Shown: piece after piece, positions 1-9,404 of the stretch
Layout of the letters: each line of letters opens with the position of its first letter
How positions within the stretch are numbered: the first letter of the stretch is position 1
Assembly: GCA_034429955.1 (NCBI GenBank)
Contig: DAOUFH010000095.1
Location: forward strand, 1 to 40,038
From: Dehalococcoidales bacterium
GTDB taxonomy: Bacteria; Chloroflexota; Dehalococcoidia; Dehalococcoidales; UBA3254
DNA: 40,038 bases
Reading direction: 5' to 3'
Made by a program: the position numbers and the translations under genes
Notes under the pieces: model-generated
Database searches by the model: none
What the model was told of the DNA's origin: nothing
What the model saw: only the letters and a program-made list of their open reading frames with translations

Positions 1-310
1 CAGGTAAAGGGGGGAGATTCTTAGCGGTTAGACACTTCCAGCCTGAAATTTATTTTGAATTTCGTATTTATTCGTTTATTGGTATTTATTGGTAGTATTT
101 AGTACCCCTTCTCTCAAAACTAACAGCTGATAGCTGTCAGCTATTCTATAAGATCGCTTCAGGAGTGAAAGATTTTCGCGATGACGCTGGGTTTCCTGAA
201 TCATCAATCCTGATTCACCCCGGTTCCCTATTGATTTATTGGTACTTATTGGTGGCATTGGTATTATTGGTAGTATTTAGTACCTCTTCTCTCAAAACTG
301 ACGGCTAATT
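1..310 (+). repeat. Mosaic intergenic repeat, copy A (cut by window edge)
   Basis: Bases 1-50 (CAGGTAAAGGGGGGAGATTCTTAGCGGTTAGACACTTCCAGCCTGAAATT) closely match 27932-27980 and the reverse complement of 36397-36446. Two runs of TTATTGGTA-like 9-mers (about 75-100 and 235-278) are each followed by TTAGTACC..CTCTCAAAACTRAC. Hairpin ACAGCTGATAGCTGT at 123-137. Confidence 0.8.
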
Positions 311-319
311 CCCCTCCTC

Positions 320-1459
320 CTACCTTTGCAGGTACTCCACCGCCCACTGAATGGCCTCGTCGCCGGTCTCGGTCAATACTATATCTGGTGTGACTCCGAT
401 TCCTTCTATCTCATGGCCGTTGGGACTAAGCCAGCGTCCTATGGTCAAATAGATGCCTGAGCCGTCGGATAGTCCGTAAAGACGGTCATAGCTGCCTTTA
501 CCTAACGTCTGGGTACCGGCTACAACAGCGCGCCCGTAATCCTGCATGGCGGCGGAGAAACTTTCGCTGGCGCTGGCGGTATATTCATTAACCAGAACGA
601 CCACCGGTAAATCGGTCATGGTGCCGTTAGGTATAGCGGAAAGACTGGTGACATTACCCTGGTTATCACGCAGGCTGACAATGACTTTATCCTGGATAAA
701 ATGTCCGGCCACTTCCTGCAATGCATTGGAATTGCCGCCCAGGTTATAGCGCAGGTCGATGATTATACCCCGGGCTTGACTCAGGTCAAGGTTTTCCAGG
801 GCAGTCTGAAATTCCTGATTGGTACGGTCGTAAAAACTACTTATCTGTATATAGGCCACATCATCCATCATACGGTACTCAACCGATTCAGGGTTGATTT
901 CCGCCCTCACGATAGTCATCTCAACCGGAATCTGTTCGCCCTCATGCAGCACCAGCAGCTTAACTGCGGTGCCGACTTCGCCCCTGACCCTGGCCACCAG
1001 TTCATCGACGGTATAACCCTCGGTGCTGACGTCATCGACAGCCAGAATCATATCGCCTTCCAGCATACCGGCTTTCTGGGCCGGATCTCCCTCATTGACC
1101 CTGGCGATCACAATTTCACCTTCGGCATTATAGGAAATGCTGGCTCCGATACCGCCGAAACTGCTGGCGAAATCACCCACTGTAATCTCATATTGTTCCG
1201 GAGTCAAATAGTAGCTGTAAGGGTCGTCCATCGATTGAACCATACCGGCTATCATACCCTGATTTAAAACAGTATCATCCAGCTTATCCGGCTCAACGTA
1301 GTTCTTGTGAATTATATTCCAGGCTTCATTCAACAAAGAGCTGTCAGGCTGGCTGGTCGCGGGAGTATTGGAAAGTGTCAGCAGGCAGCCTGCGCTGAAA
1401 GACATCAGTACCACCAGAACGGCTACAATAGCAATAATCCAGACTTTCTTCTTGAACAT
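320..1459 (-). CDS. ctpA: S41 family carboxyl-terminal processing peptidase with N-terminal membrane anchor and PDZ domain
   Basis: 379-aa ORF. N-terminal hydrophobic segment. PDZ-like GDPAQKAGMLEGDMILAVD. S41 motifs DLRYNLGGNS, NEYTASASE (Ser) and TLGKGS (Lys). Confidence 0.85.
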   Translation of the reverse strand: MFKKKVWIIAIVAVLVVLMSFSAGCLLTLSNTPATSQPDSSLLNEAWNIIHKNYVEPDKLDDTVLNQGMIAGMVQSMDDPYSYYLTPEQYEITVGDFASSFGGIGASISYNAEGEIVIARVNEGDPAQKAGMLEGDMILAVDDVSTEGYTVDELVARVRGEVGTAVKLLVLHEGEQIPVEMTIVRAEINPESVEYRMMDDVAYIQISSFYDRTNQEFQTALENLDLSQARGIIIDLRYNLGGNSNALQEVAGHFIQDKVIVSLRDNQGNVTSLSAIPNGTMTDLPVVVLVNEYTASASESFSAAMQDYGRAVVAGTQTLGKGSYDRLYGLSDGSGIYLTIGRWLSPNGHEIEGIGVTPDIVLTETGDEAIQWAVEYLQR

Positions 1460-1561
1460 AAGAGAACCTCTATAAAGTAATGCTATCTGTATTATACAGT
1501 AGGATGGAGTATAAGTTATGGGTTTTAAGTTCTAAATGTTTTTCGTTTACTGAAAGAGTTG

Positions 1562-2290
1562 TCAGCGGTCGGTCTGCGGACGGGAGAGTTTAATATAGGC
1601 GGCCACAGCCGAGGCAGCGGTATCGACACGCAGGACATTATGGCCCAGCGAGACCGGCATGAAGCCGGCTTTTTTGGCTTTCTGTATCTCAACCGGAGAG
1701 AAATCGCCCTCCGGGCCGATCAAGACCACCATTGCACCTTTATAATCAACAGGGACAACCGCACTGATAGGACGTCCCTCTTCCAGATTGGGAATAAGCT
1801 TGAGGTTATAATGCATGGTAGAGATGAGCACTTCATCCAGAGTCATCAGAGACGGGATGCCGGGCAGAGTGTTACGGCGGCTCTGTTCGGAAGCGCTCAG
1901 AGCAATTTTTCTCCAGCGCTCCGGCCTGGGTGAATCGATATCGAATTTAGGCACTACCCGCTCGGTCAGCATAGGGATAATGACATCCACACCCAGTTGC
2001 GTCAGTTCATCGACAATATCATCCATACGCGAGCCCTTGGGCACCGCACAGGCGATCGTCAAAAGCAGGCCGGGGTCGCGATAGGGCCGGCTGCTTTCGA
2101 TACGGAAGATCGCCTTGTTTTTCTTTATGTCAACCAGATTACCGATATATTCAGTGCCCTGGGGGTCGAAGAGCGAAACGGTATCCCCCACCCGCGCCCG
2201 CAGCACATCACCGAGATGATGGACCTGGGCGGCATCGGTCAGATAATACAGCTCGCCCTGGATAGACTCCTGAACGTATAAATGCAGCAT
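1562..2290 (-). CDS. rsmE: 16S rRNA (uracil1498-N3)-methyltransferase RsmE
   Basis: 242-aa ORF with an RsmE-like PUA N-terminus and the C-terminal SPOUT motif VLIGPEGDFSPVEI. Confidence 0.8.
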   Translation of the reverse strand: MLHLYVQESIQGELYYLTDAAQVHHLGDVLRARVGDTVSLFDPQGTEYIGNLVDIKKNKAIFRIESSRPYRDPGLLLTIACAVPKGSRMDDIVDELTQLGVDVIIPMLTERVVPKFDIDSPRPERWRKIALSASEQSRRNTLPGIPSLMTLDEVLISTMHYNLKLIPNLEEGRPISAVVPVDYKGAMVVLIGPEGDFSPVEIQKAKKAGFMPVSLGHNVLRVDTAASAVAAYIKLSRPQTDR

Positions 2291-2421
2291 ATGGCTATAA
2301 ATATATAATTAAATCCGGTCCGGCGCAAGGATTCGAACATAGCTTCCGGCTGAACGCCGGAGGCTAGCCGCTTAGGCAAAGGGACATAGATCCGGCTTAA
2401 TCTACAAATCCAGACCCTTTA

Positions 2422-3120
2422 TTAACTAAAATAGCTTCTTTCTTGCTCAACCTCTACCGGTTGGCCGGTAACAGGATTGGCATAATGGAACGGGCAAATA
2501 TACCGGGTAGGATATAGAGTCTCAAAAGGTGGTTCATCATAATTGGTGACATGCGGTTTGTCCTGGAAGGACTTGTCAGCCTGTTTTTCCGGTGCGACCC
2601 AGCCGATTCCGTAGGGAGCGTTAAAATACATCCACCAGCGTAATTTCCAGATTTTCCAGACTCCGTTTTCTTTGATATAGTCATTCTCGTAAACTCCGTT
2701 CATCCAGCCCTGAAAAACTCTGTCCTGATCCTTGACCGGAATAGCCACCGCTCCAAAGCCGTACCATCTGCCCCTGGCCGTCAGTCCGTCCGGCGCGACG
2801 TCGATCACAGGAGAAAGCTGCATCACCTGATGTATAAAACCCGGATTTCTGACGCCCTGACTCTTGCCTTTAGGTTTGAAAAAAGTGAGCACGCCCTTTT
2901 TGCCTTTAAACTCGCCGGCATGGACCCGGATAATGGTATCCTCTCTTTGTGAAAACAAAGCAGCTATTTCATCGGTCATATAGTTTTCAAGATAATAGCC
3001 GTAACTGCATTGCAGCTTTTTGATGTCTTCAATATCCCGGAAAGTCCGGTTTTGTTCGCTCAGAGTTTTAACCTGTTCCTGAAGACCTTGCACCAGCGAT
3101 ACCAGTTCTGTCATGTTCAT
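2422..3120 (-). CDS. SnoaL-like / NTF2-fold family protein
   Basis: 232-aa ORF. N-terminal coiled segment followed by IKKLQCSYGYYLENY.., typical of SnoaL_4/NTF2-like proteins. Function unknown. Confidence 0.55.
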   Translation of the reverse strand: MNMTELVSLVQGLQEQVKTLSEQNRTFRDIEDIKKLQCSYGYYLENYMTDEIAALFSQREDTIIRVHAGEFKGKKGVLTFFKPKGKSQGVRNPGFIHQVMQLSPVIDVAPDGLTARGRWYGFGAVAIPVKDQDRVFQGWMNGVYENDYIKENGVWKIWKLRWWMYFNAPYGIGWVAPEKQADKSFQDKPHVTNYDEPPFETLYPTRYICPFHYANPVTGQPVEVEQERSYFS

Positions 3121-3248
3121 TACTTTCCTCCGTCTTTTTATATTGCTGAAGTCTATACAATGGTTTTTGTATATTTAGCAATTAGCTTGAAAAGAGGGTG
3201 AGTTTTAAGTTATGAGTTATAAATTTTGGTTTCTACAAATCAGAACAG

Positions 3249-4706
3249 TTATACGGCAGGTAATTTGATTTCGAAGAAAGTACCCCGACCTAGCTGACTG
3301 TTAACTGAGATATCCCCGCCGCTGGACTGTATTATACTGCGTATTATTGCAAGTCCCAGTCCGAAACCGACTGAGGTGCCCGGAGCCTTATAAAAGCGTT
3401 CAAAAATATGCGGTAGATGCTCCGGCGCAATTCCTGCCCCGTTATCCGCCACATTAATAACGACATATTCCGATTGACGGAAGGCACGTAGAGTGACAGT
3501 ACCTCCGGTAGTAGTATGCTTGAAAGCATTATCCAGCAATCCGGAGATCACACGAAGGAAATCAGAACGTTTGCCTTTAATCCTCAAATCAGGCTCAATA
3601 TCATAGTCAAAACGGATATTTTTAGCCTCAAATAGATAAGTGAATGACTCCTGTATTTCGACCAGTAAGACTGAGAGTTGCAGGGTCTCAGTGGTAGGCA
3701 GATGTTTAGTTTCATCCATCGCAGAAAGAAAGAGTAGTTCGTTAACAAGCTTTTCCATATAATTCACACGATCTGAGAGAAATGTCAGTAATTTTAGGTA
3801 GTCTTCGACAGAATGTTCGGCGGGCAGCATCTGACTGAGTGACGTTTTAACTGCTGCCAGCGGCGTTCTAAGCTCATGGGCTGCATCTGACACGAATCTT
3901 TTTTGCGAATTGAAAGATGCTTCCAGTCTATCGGCCATGGTATTAAAAGAACGCGCCAGTCGTCCTATTTCATCATTGGAATGTATTTCAATACGCTCCG
4001 ACAGGTTAGACTGGCTAAGTAGTTCAGTAGAACGGGTAACACGCCTCAAAGGCCTTACCGTCAGCCAGGTGATTAAAATACCAAAAGCTAGGGAGAAAAT
4101 GATGATAAGAGGAAGTCCGTAAGTTACGTCATAAATAACTTGTTTGGTCCAACCTGGAGATGGAATAGTATAACGGTCCAGAGATACTATATAAAGCAGA
4201 CCGGGATAACCTTCAACAGGCAGATAATACAAATCACTGGTACGGGTGCCGGATACATTCCCGAATGAGACCAGAGTATCAGGGAAATAGGATTCAGGCA
4301 AAGCTAACGGACCGATTTTAAAAGAATCGCCTGAACTCGAATATCTTCCTGTAAAAGTCACATTATAATAAACCTGATGATCTACGGTATAAGGTTCGCT
4401 GATAAAATGACTCCAGCCCACTCCTCCCTCAGTATAAATATCTATAAAAAGATTGAAACGCTCCAGACGATCATCAAAATCTGAAGCTCTTAAAGCATAA
4501 ACAGACCTGTCATCTTCTGTATTGATATATAAGTTGTTATCCGGATAGAGGTCGTCGATAAATCCCGGCCCGATTTCCGCCGTTCTCATGCATTGACTGA
4601 CTTCTCTTTTATAATCGTTATATTCAATATAAGCGATCATAGCTGTTACCAGAAACAGTATAGAAACAGAATATATCAGAGTTAATTTAACACTTAGACT
4701 ATTCAT
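3249..4706 (-). CDS. Sensor histidine kinase (2 TM, periplasmic domain, HAMP, HisKA, HATPase_c)
   Basis: 485-aa ORF. TM helices near residues 10-30 and 200-220. HAMP (NDEIGRLARSFNTMADRL). H-box SDAAHELRTPL. G-boxes DNGAGI and GFGLGLAI. Confidence 0.9.
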   Translation of the reverse strand: MNSLSVKLTLIYSVSILFLVTAMIAYIEYNDYKREVSQCMRTAEIGPGFIDDLYPDNNLYINTEDDRSVYALRASDFDDRLERFNLFIDIYTEGGVGWSHFISEPYTVDHQVYYNVTFTGRYSSSGDSFKIGPLALPESYFPDTLVSFGNVSGTRTSDLYYLPVEGYPGLLYIVSLDRYTIPSPGWTKQVIYDVTYGLPLIIIFSLAFGILITWLTVRPLRRVTRSTELLSQSNLSERIEIHSNDEIGRLARSFNTMADRLEASFNSQKRFVSDAAHELRTPLAAVKTSLSQMLPAEHSVEDYLKLLTFLSDRVNYMEKLVNELLFLSAMDETKHLPTTETLQLSVLLVEIQESFTYLFEAKNIRFDYDIEPDLRIKGKRSDFLRVISGLLDNAFKHTTTGGTVTLRAFRQSEYVVINVADNGAGIAPEHLPHIFERFYKAPGTSVGFGLGLAIIRSIIQSSGGDISVNSQLGRGTFFEIKLPAV

Positions 4707-5370
4707 CTTTGATAATATATCCCAGTCCTTTAACAGTCTTGATATAAGCTTCTTTATTCTGTGGACACAGTTTACGACGAATGCGGCTTATCAGAACTTC
4801 TATAACATTGGAGAATGCTGCATGTTCACAATCCCAGATATGCTCTTCCAGCATCTCACGGGTAACAATGCCGTTACGGTTGAGCATTAAGAACTCCAGT
4901 ACCGCGTATTCCTTAGAGGTTAAATCAACCGGACAGTCCTGAACCGTGAGCTTTTTACGGGCTGAATCCAAAACTAATCCACCCGTTTCAATAAGCGAAG
5001 AACCAGATCCACCGGTCCTCCTGAGCAAAGCCCTTAGACGGGCATAAAGCTCTGGATAGCTAAAAGGTTTAACCAGATAGTCGTCCGCCCCGCTATCCAA
5101 ACCCCGAACCTTATCATCTTCACGGTAACGAGCAGTCAACATCAGTACAGGAGTGGTTATCTTTTTGTGACGAATTTCTTGGCAGAGCGAGAAGCCGTCC
5201 AGGTCAGGCAGCATGATATCCAGAATAATTACGTCGAAAGGAAAGGCTTGCAGAATTTCAAGAGCCGTCCGGCCTTCCGCAGCCCAATCCACGGCATAAC
5301 CGCTTTCTTCCAATCCGGACTTAACGACTCTCGCCAGATACTCATCATCTTCCACCAGCAATATTCTCAT
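4699..5370 (-). CDS. OmpR/PhoB-family response regulator
   Basis: 223-aa ORF. MRILLVEDDE, acceptor motif VIILDIMLPDLDG, LMLTA, KPF, and a C-terminal winged-helix (LTSKEYAVLEFL...VKGLGY). Overlaps the kinase gene by 8 nt. Confidence 0.92.
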   Translation of the reverse strand: MRILLVEDDEYLARVVKSGLEESGYAVDWAAEGRTALEILQAFPFDVIILDIMLPDLDGFSLCQEIRHKKITTPVLMLTARYREDDKVRGLDSGADDYLVKPFSYPELYARLRALLRRTGGSGSSLIETGGLVLDSARKKLTVQDCPVDLTSKEYAVLEFLMLNRNGIVTREMLEEHIWDCEHAAFSNVIEVLISRIRRKLCPQNKEAYIKTVKGLGYIIKDE

Positions 5371-5555
5371 GGAAACTAATTATAACACTTCAAGCTGAAT
5401 GGAAGATGAACAGGTATAGAGGGCAGTTGACATAGGGATATGGTTAAATAAGCAGAGCCGAAAACAAGTCATGCCCGGCTAACCCCATTTATTAAGACTA
5501 ATCAAAAACACAAGAGGCCATTATATTTCAGACAAAGGGAGGCGGGTCAGCGGGA

Positions 5556-7715
5556 TCACTCAACCGGTGGACTCAACGATGGGTTCTTTTGCATTGAAAG
5601 CAAAATCCGCCGCCGGGCTTTATCGATTTCCAGAACGGTGACTTCAACCTTCTGCTGGACCTTAACAATGTCATTGGGATTTTTTACAAAGCGGTCGGCC
5701 ATTTTGCTGATATGCACCAGGCCGTCCTGATGAACTCCGATGTCCACAAAAGCGCCGAAGTTGGTGACATTGGTAACGATGCCCGGCAGCTTCATACCGG
5801 GTTTAAGCTGGTCGATATTATTGATACCAGCCGCGAAGCTGAATATTTCAAATTGAGCGCGGGGGTCGCGTCCCGGTTTGCCCAGTTCCTGTAAAATATC
5901 GCTTAATGTAGGCAGTCCCACCTTATCACTCAGGTATTTTTCCAGTACAATCTTTTGACGCAGTTCTTCATTCTGCATCAGGTCCTGCACTGTACAGGCC
6001 AGGTCGGCCGCCATCTTTTTAACCAGGTCATAATTCTCAGGATGAATGGCACTGGCATCCAGGGGATTTTTAGCGTTATAGATGCGCAGGAAACCGGCTG
6101 CCTGTTCAAAGGCCTTGGGGCCCAGGCGAGGCACCTTGCGCAATTCCTGGCGGGTTTTAAAAGGGCCGTTCTGGTCGCGGTATTCCAGAATATTCTTGCC
6201 CAGTGCGGGACCCAGTCCGGAAACATAGGCCAGTATCTGGCGGCTGGCGGTATTGACCTCCACGCCCACCCGGTTGACGCAATTCATTACCGTATCATCC
6301 AGACTCTGTTTAAGTTTGGATTGGTCGACATCATGCTGGTACTGTCCCACACCGATAGATTTAGGATCAATCTTAACCAGTTCAGCCAGAGGGTCCATCA
6401 GACGGCGTCCGATAGAAACCGCCCCGCGCACAGTGATATCATGATCGGGAAATTCCTCACGGGCCGCATCCGAAGCCGAATATATTGAGGCCCCGCTCTC
6501 GTTGACCTGTACTATAGCTATCGATTCCGGCAGGCCCAGGGCGCGGACGAAAGCCTCCGTTTCACGGCCGGCGGTGCCGTTGCCGATGGCAATAGCTTCG
6601 ATTTTGTACTTCTGTACCAGTTCAAGCAGGCTCTTTTTAGCTTCTGCCTCGAGTTTGGCCGACTGGGTAGGGAATATGGTGGTATTATGCAGCAGTTTGC
6701 CCTGGGGGTCGAGACAGACCACTTTACAGCCGGTACGGAAGCCGGGGTCGATTGCCAGCACCGTTTTTTGTCCCAGCGGCGGCGACATTAAAAGTTCCTG
6801 CAGATTGCGGGTAAAGACCCGGATGGCCTCAGCATCGGCACGTTCCTTAATCTCCTGACGGATATCAGTTTCCAGCGAAGGAGCCAGCAGCCTTTTATAA
6901 CTGTCTTCCAGAGCCAGTACCACCTGATCGGAGCAGGGATTTTGGGCTTTAACCATATGACGGAAAATGATTGAAAGGGCCTTGTCTTCCGGTGGCCGGA
7001 TTTCCAGTTTAAGGAACTCCTCAGTTTCACCCCGGAACAAGGCCAGCACCCGGTGGGCGGGCATTCTTAAAATCGCTTCGGATATCTCAAAATAATCGCG
7101 GTATTTGGCGCCTTCCTCTTCCTTACCCTTAACCACCCGTGACTGCAGCACTCCTTCGCGGGCAAAGAGCAACCGCAGGGACTGGCGCAAAGCGGCGTCT
7201 TCATTGATGATTTCGGCGATAATATCGCGGGCTCCCGCCAGAGCGTCTTCTACGGACTCAACCCCTTTTTCGGTGTTGATATAGGCGGCGGCAGCCTGAA
7301 GCGGATCTGTTTTATTATCCTGTAACAGAATCAAATCGGCCAGCGGAGCCAGGCCCTTTTCACGCGCGATAGTGGCGCGGGTGCGCCGTTTGGGCCGGTA
7401 AGGCAGATAAATATCTTCCAGTTCCGGCAGCGTTTGAGCTTCGTCGATAGCCTTCTGCAGCTCGGGTGTCAGCAAATCACGTTCTTCCAGTGATTTAATG
7501 ATAGCCTCACGGCGCTTGTCCATTTCAGCCAACTGAGCCAGGCGGTCACGCACATTGGCGATAACCACTTCATCCAGCGAGCCGGTCTGTTCCTTGCGGT
7601 AGCGGGCGATGAAAGGAACAGTAGAACCCTCTTGAAAAAGCTTATCTATAGCGGTGATCTGCCAGAGTTGCAGTCCCAGTTCCCGGGCTACGCTGGAGGT
7701 ATGTAAATCAGTCAT
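5556..7715 (-). CDS. tex: Tex-like transcription accessory protein (S1 RNA-binding domain at C-terminus)
   Basis: Tex N-terminal motif VPFIARYRKE, YqgF/RuvC-like and HhH regions, and C-terminal S1 domain GIVTNVTNFGAFVDIG. Start placed at the ATG at 7715 (MTDLHTSSVAREL). The 38 codons upstream in the ORF track look like read-through of the 5' region. Confidence 0.9.
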   Translation of the reverse strand: MTDLHTSSVARELGLQLWQITAIDKLFQEGSTVPFIARYRKEQTGSLDEVVIANVRDRLAQLAEMDKRREAIIKSLEERDLLTPELQKAIDEAQTLPELEDIYLPYRPKRRTRATIAREKGLAPLADLILLQDNKTDPLQAAAAYINTEKGVESVEDALAGARDIIAEIINEDAALRQSLRLLFAREGVLQSRVVKGKEEEGAKYRDYFEISEAILRMPAHRVLALFRGETEEFLKLEIRPPEDKALSIIFRHMVKAQNPCSDQVVLALEDSYKRLLAPSLETDIRQEIKERADAEAIRVFTRNLQELLMSPPLGQKTVLAIDPGFRTGCKVVCLDPQGKLLHNTTIFPTQSAKLEAEAKKSLLELVQKYKIEAIAIGNGTAGRETEAFVRALGLPESIAIVQVNESGASIYSASDAAREEFPDHDITVRGAVSIGRRLMDPLAELVKIDPKSIGVGQYQHDVDQSKLKQSLDDTVMNCVNRVGVEVNTASRQILAYVSGLGPALGKNILEYRDQNGPFKTRQELRKVPRLGPKAFEQAAGFLRIYNAKNPLDASAIHPENYDLVKKMAADLACTVQDLMQNEELRQKIVLEKYLSDKVGLPTLSDILQELGKPGRDPRAQFEIFSFAAGINNIDQLKPGMKLPGIVTNVTNFGAFVDIGVHQDGLVHISKMADRFVKNPNDIVKVQQKVEVTVLEIDKARRRILLSMQKNPSLSPPVE

Positions 7716-8004
7716 TATAAAATCTTCTCTCAGGTTGATATTTGCTTGGAGGCATAGAAGCCTGCCAACATTATACAACTTTGGGAGATTGAAAAAACGA
7801 GTAACAAAATGAACAGCCAAAGAAAACACTCACATGATATTTAAACCAGATCCGTTTGAAATATCTTTTAACTATTTAATTAACACTTTTCCTCCAGCTT
7901 TAAAACAAAATAACCAACAGTCTCCAACCAATAAACAAATTATTAAGCAAAAAGTTAAATCTGTGGATTAACTATTCGGATGTTTTTAATCATAAGTTAA
8001 CCGT

Positions 8005-8034
8005 TTGACTACCTATAGTTACAAAGAATACTAT
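8005..8034 (+). promoter_or_regulatory. Candidate sigma70-like promoter of the island operon (TTGACT - 18 nt - TACTAT)
   Basis: TTGACT at 8005-8010 and TACTAT at 8029-8034, about 30 nt upstream of the first possible start (TTG 8064). Pattern match only. Confidence 0.3.
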
Positions 8035-8063
8035 ATTTATAAATCAATCAGGACAACAAGAAT

Positions 8064-9401
8064 TTGGAAACACTAATTCAAAATCAGAATAGGGTTGCCG
8101 CGTTCTCCGTTTTTAACGAAGAAGTTGGTATGGTTTTAACTAAAGGACAATTGTCTGAATTTAGTTTAAAAAATAACGCGTATATACTTTCTTTACTAAA
8201 TGGAAAAGCATCCGAAGTTCTCCAAAAAACAGTATCTCTAAAGATAAGAAGAGAATCTGGTATATTTTTTACAAGCCACGAATTATCAAATAAATTGGCA
8301 TGGAAAATATCAAACTTATTATCCAAAGGAATAAAAGTGGTAGATCCAGCCTGTGGAGCCGGAGACCTGCTTTTAGCTTGTGCACAATATTTACCATTGG
8401 GTAAAAATTTGGGTGACACTATAAATAAATGGTCAGAATTAGTATCCGGGTTCGATTTGTATGATGAGTTTATTTTAGCCACCAAGTTAAGACTTATTTT
8501 ATTGGCAGCAGCCAGAAGTAAAGATAGTCAAAATATTGAAAACTATCTTTTAGAATCAAAGGTCTTTACTGGTTTGGTTAAAAAAGACTTTATATCTGAT
8601 AAAAACGATTTTCGTGAAATGGTATGTTTCGTCGTAAATCCACCATTCGGCGATATTGATGCTCCTAATGGATGTAAATGGGCAACAGGAAAAATTCAGA
8701 CCGCCGCCAGGTTCATGGAAAAACTGTTCATCGAATCTAATCCAGGTCAACAAATTTTGGCAATATTACCAGATGTTTTGCGTAGTGGTACAAGGTATTC
8801 AAAATGGAGAAAAGTTATTGGACAATTTTGTTCCAATTTAGAAATTGAGTCTGCTGGGCGCTTTGATGCGGGGACAGATGTAGATGTGTTTATACTTCAA
8901 GCCACTATGCGCTTTAAGAATGAGATTAACGTTACTTGGCCAGATAATAGTCCAATAATTAATTATAAATATTCAAGCACTGTTTCAGACTATTTTAATG
9001 TTTGTGTTGGGACAATTGTTCCCTATAGGGACCCTGATGAAGGTACAGAATTTCCGTACTTACATGCAAAAAATGCTGAAAAAGGGCAGATTATTAATAG
9101 TTTATCGGAAACAATTTTAACAAAACGAAAGTGTTTTCATCCACCATTTGTTGTAGTGCATCGTACTTCAAGCCCAAATGATACTCCACGATGTGTTACA
9201 AGCATTGTGAACATAAAAAATAATGTCGCTGTCGAAAATCACCTAATTATACTCAAACCAAAGAATAATCAATTGGAGTTATGCCATAGACTAGTGAAAA
9301 TATTAAATTCTTCAATTACAGATACTTTCTTAAACCAGCGTATCCGGTGTAGACATCTAACCGTAGCTTCCGTAAAAGAAATTCCGTGGGTTGAGGAATA
9401 A
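8064..9401 (+). CDS. Gamma-class N6-adenine DNA methyltransferase, M.TaqI/Eco57I-like, with C-terminal target-recognition domain
   Basis: Motif I VVDPACGAGDLLLA is followed by motif IV VVNPPFGD (order I then IV indicates gamma class). About 230 aa of C-terminal non-catalytic region. The start is uncertain: TTG at 8064 or ATG at 8130. Confidence 0.8.
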   Translation: METLIQNQNRVAAFSVFNEEVGMVLTKGQLSEFSLKNNAYILSLLNGKASEVLQKTVSLKIRRESGIFFTSHELSNKLAWKISNLLSKGIKVVDPACGAGDLLLACAQYLPLGKNLGDTINKWSELVSGFDLYDEFILATKLRLILLAAARSKDSQNIENYLLESKVFTGLVKKDFISDKNDFREMVCFVVNPPFGDIDAPNGCKWATGKIQTAARFMEKLFIESNPGQQILAILPDVLRSGTRYSKWRKVIGQFCSNLEIESAGRFDAGTDVDVFILQATMRFKNEINVTWPDNSPIINYKYSSTVSDYFNVCVGTIVPYRDPDEGTEFPYLHAKNAEKGQIINSLSETILTKRKCFHPPFVVVHRTSSPNDTPRCVTSIVNIKNNVAVENHLIILKPKNNQLELCHRLVKILNSSITDTFLNQRIRCRHLTVASVKEIPWVEE

Positions 9402-9404
9402 ATT

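Noticed and set aside
76-258. 60-aa minus-strand ORF
   Set aside because: It lies wholly inside repeat copy A. Other copies of the repeat do not preserve the frame.
701-1267. 188-aa plus-strand ORF, and the 177-aa ORF at 5955-6488
   Set aside because: They are antisense to ctpA and tex respectively, and neither has a recognisable motif.
7716-7829. 38-codon N-terminal extension of tex
   Set aside because: Tex homologues start near MTD...ARELG. The extension is AT-rich 5' region read in frame.
8084-8485. 133-aa minus-strand ORF, and several 60-100-aa antisense ORFs across the island (9896-10159, 10655-10843, 11141-11449, 12102-12317)
   Set aside because: All are embedded antisense in genes with clear catalytic motifs. 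They are Ser/Phe/Leu/Ile-rich low-complexity products of AT-rich DNA and have no RBS.
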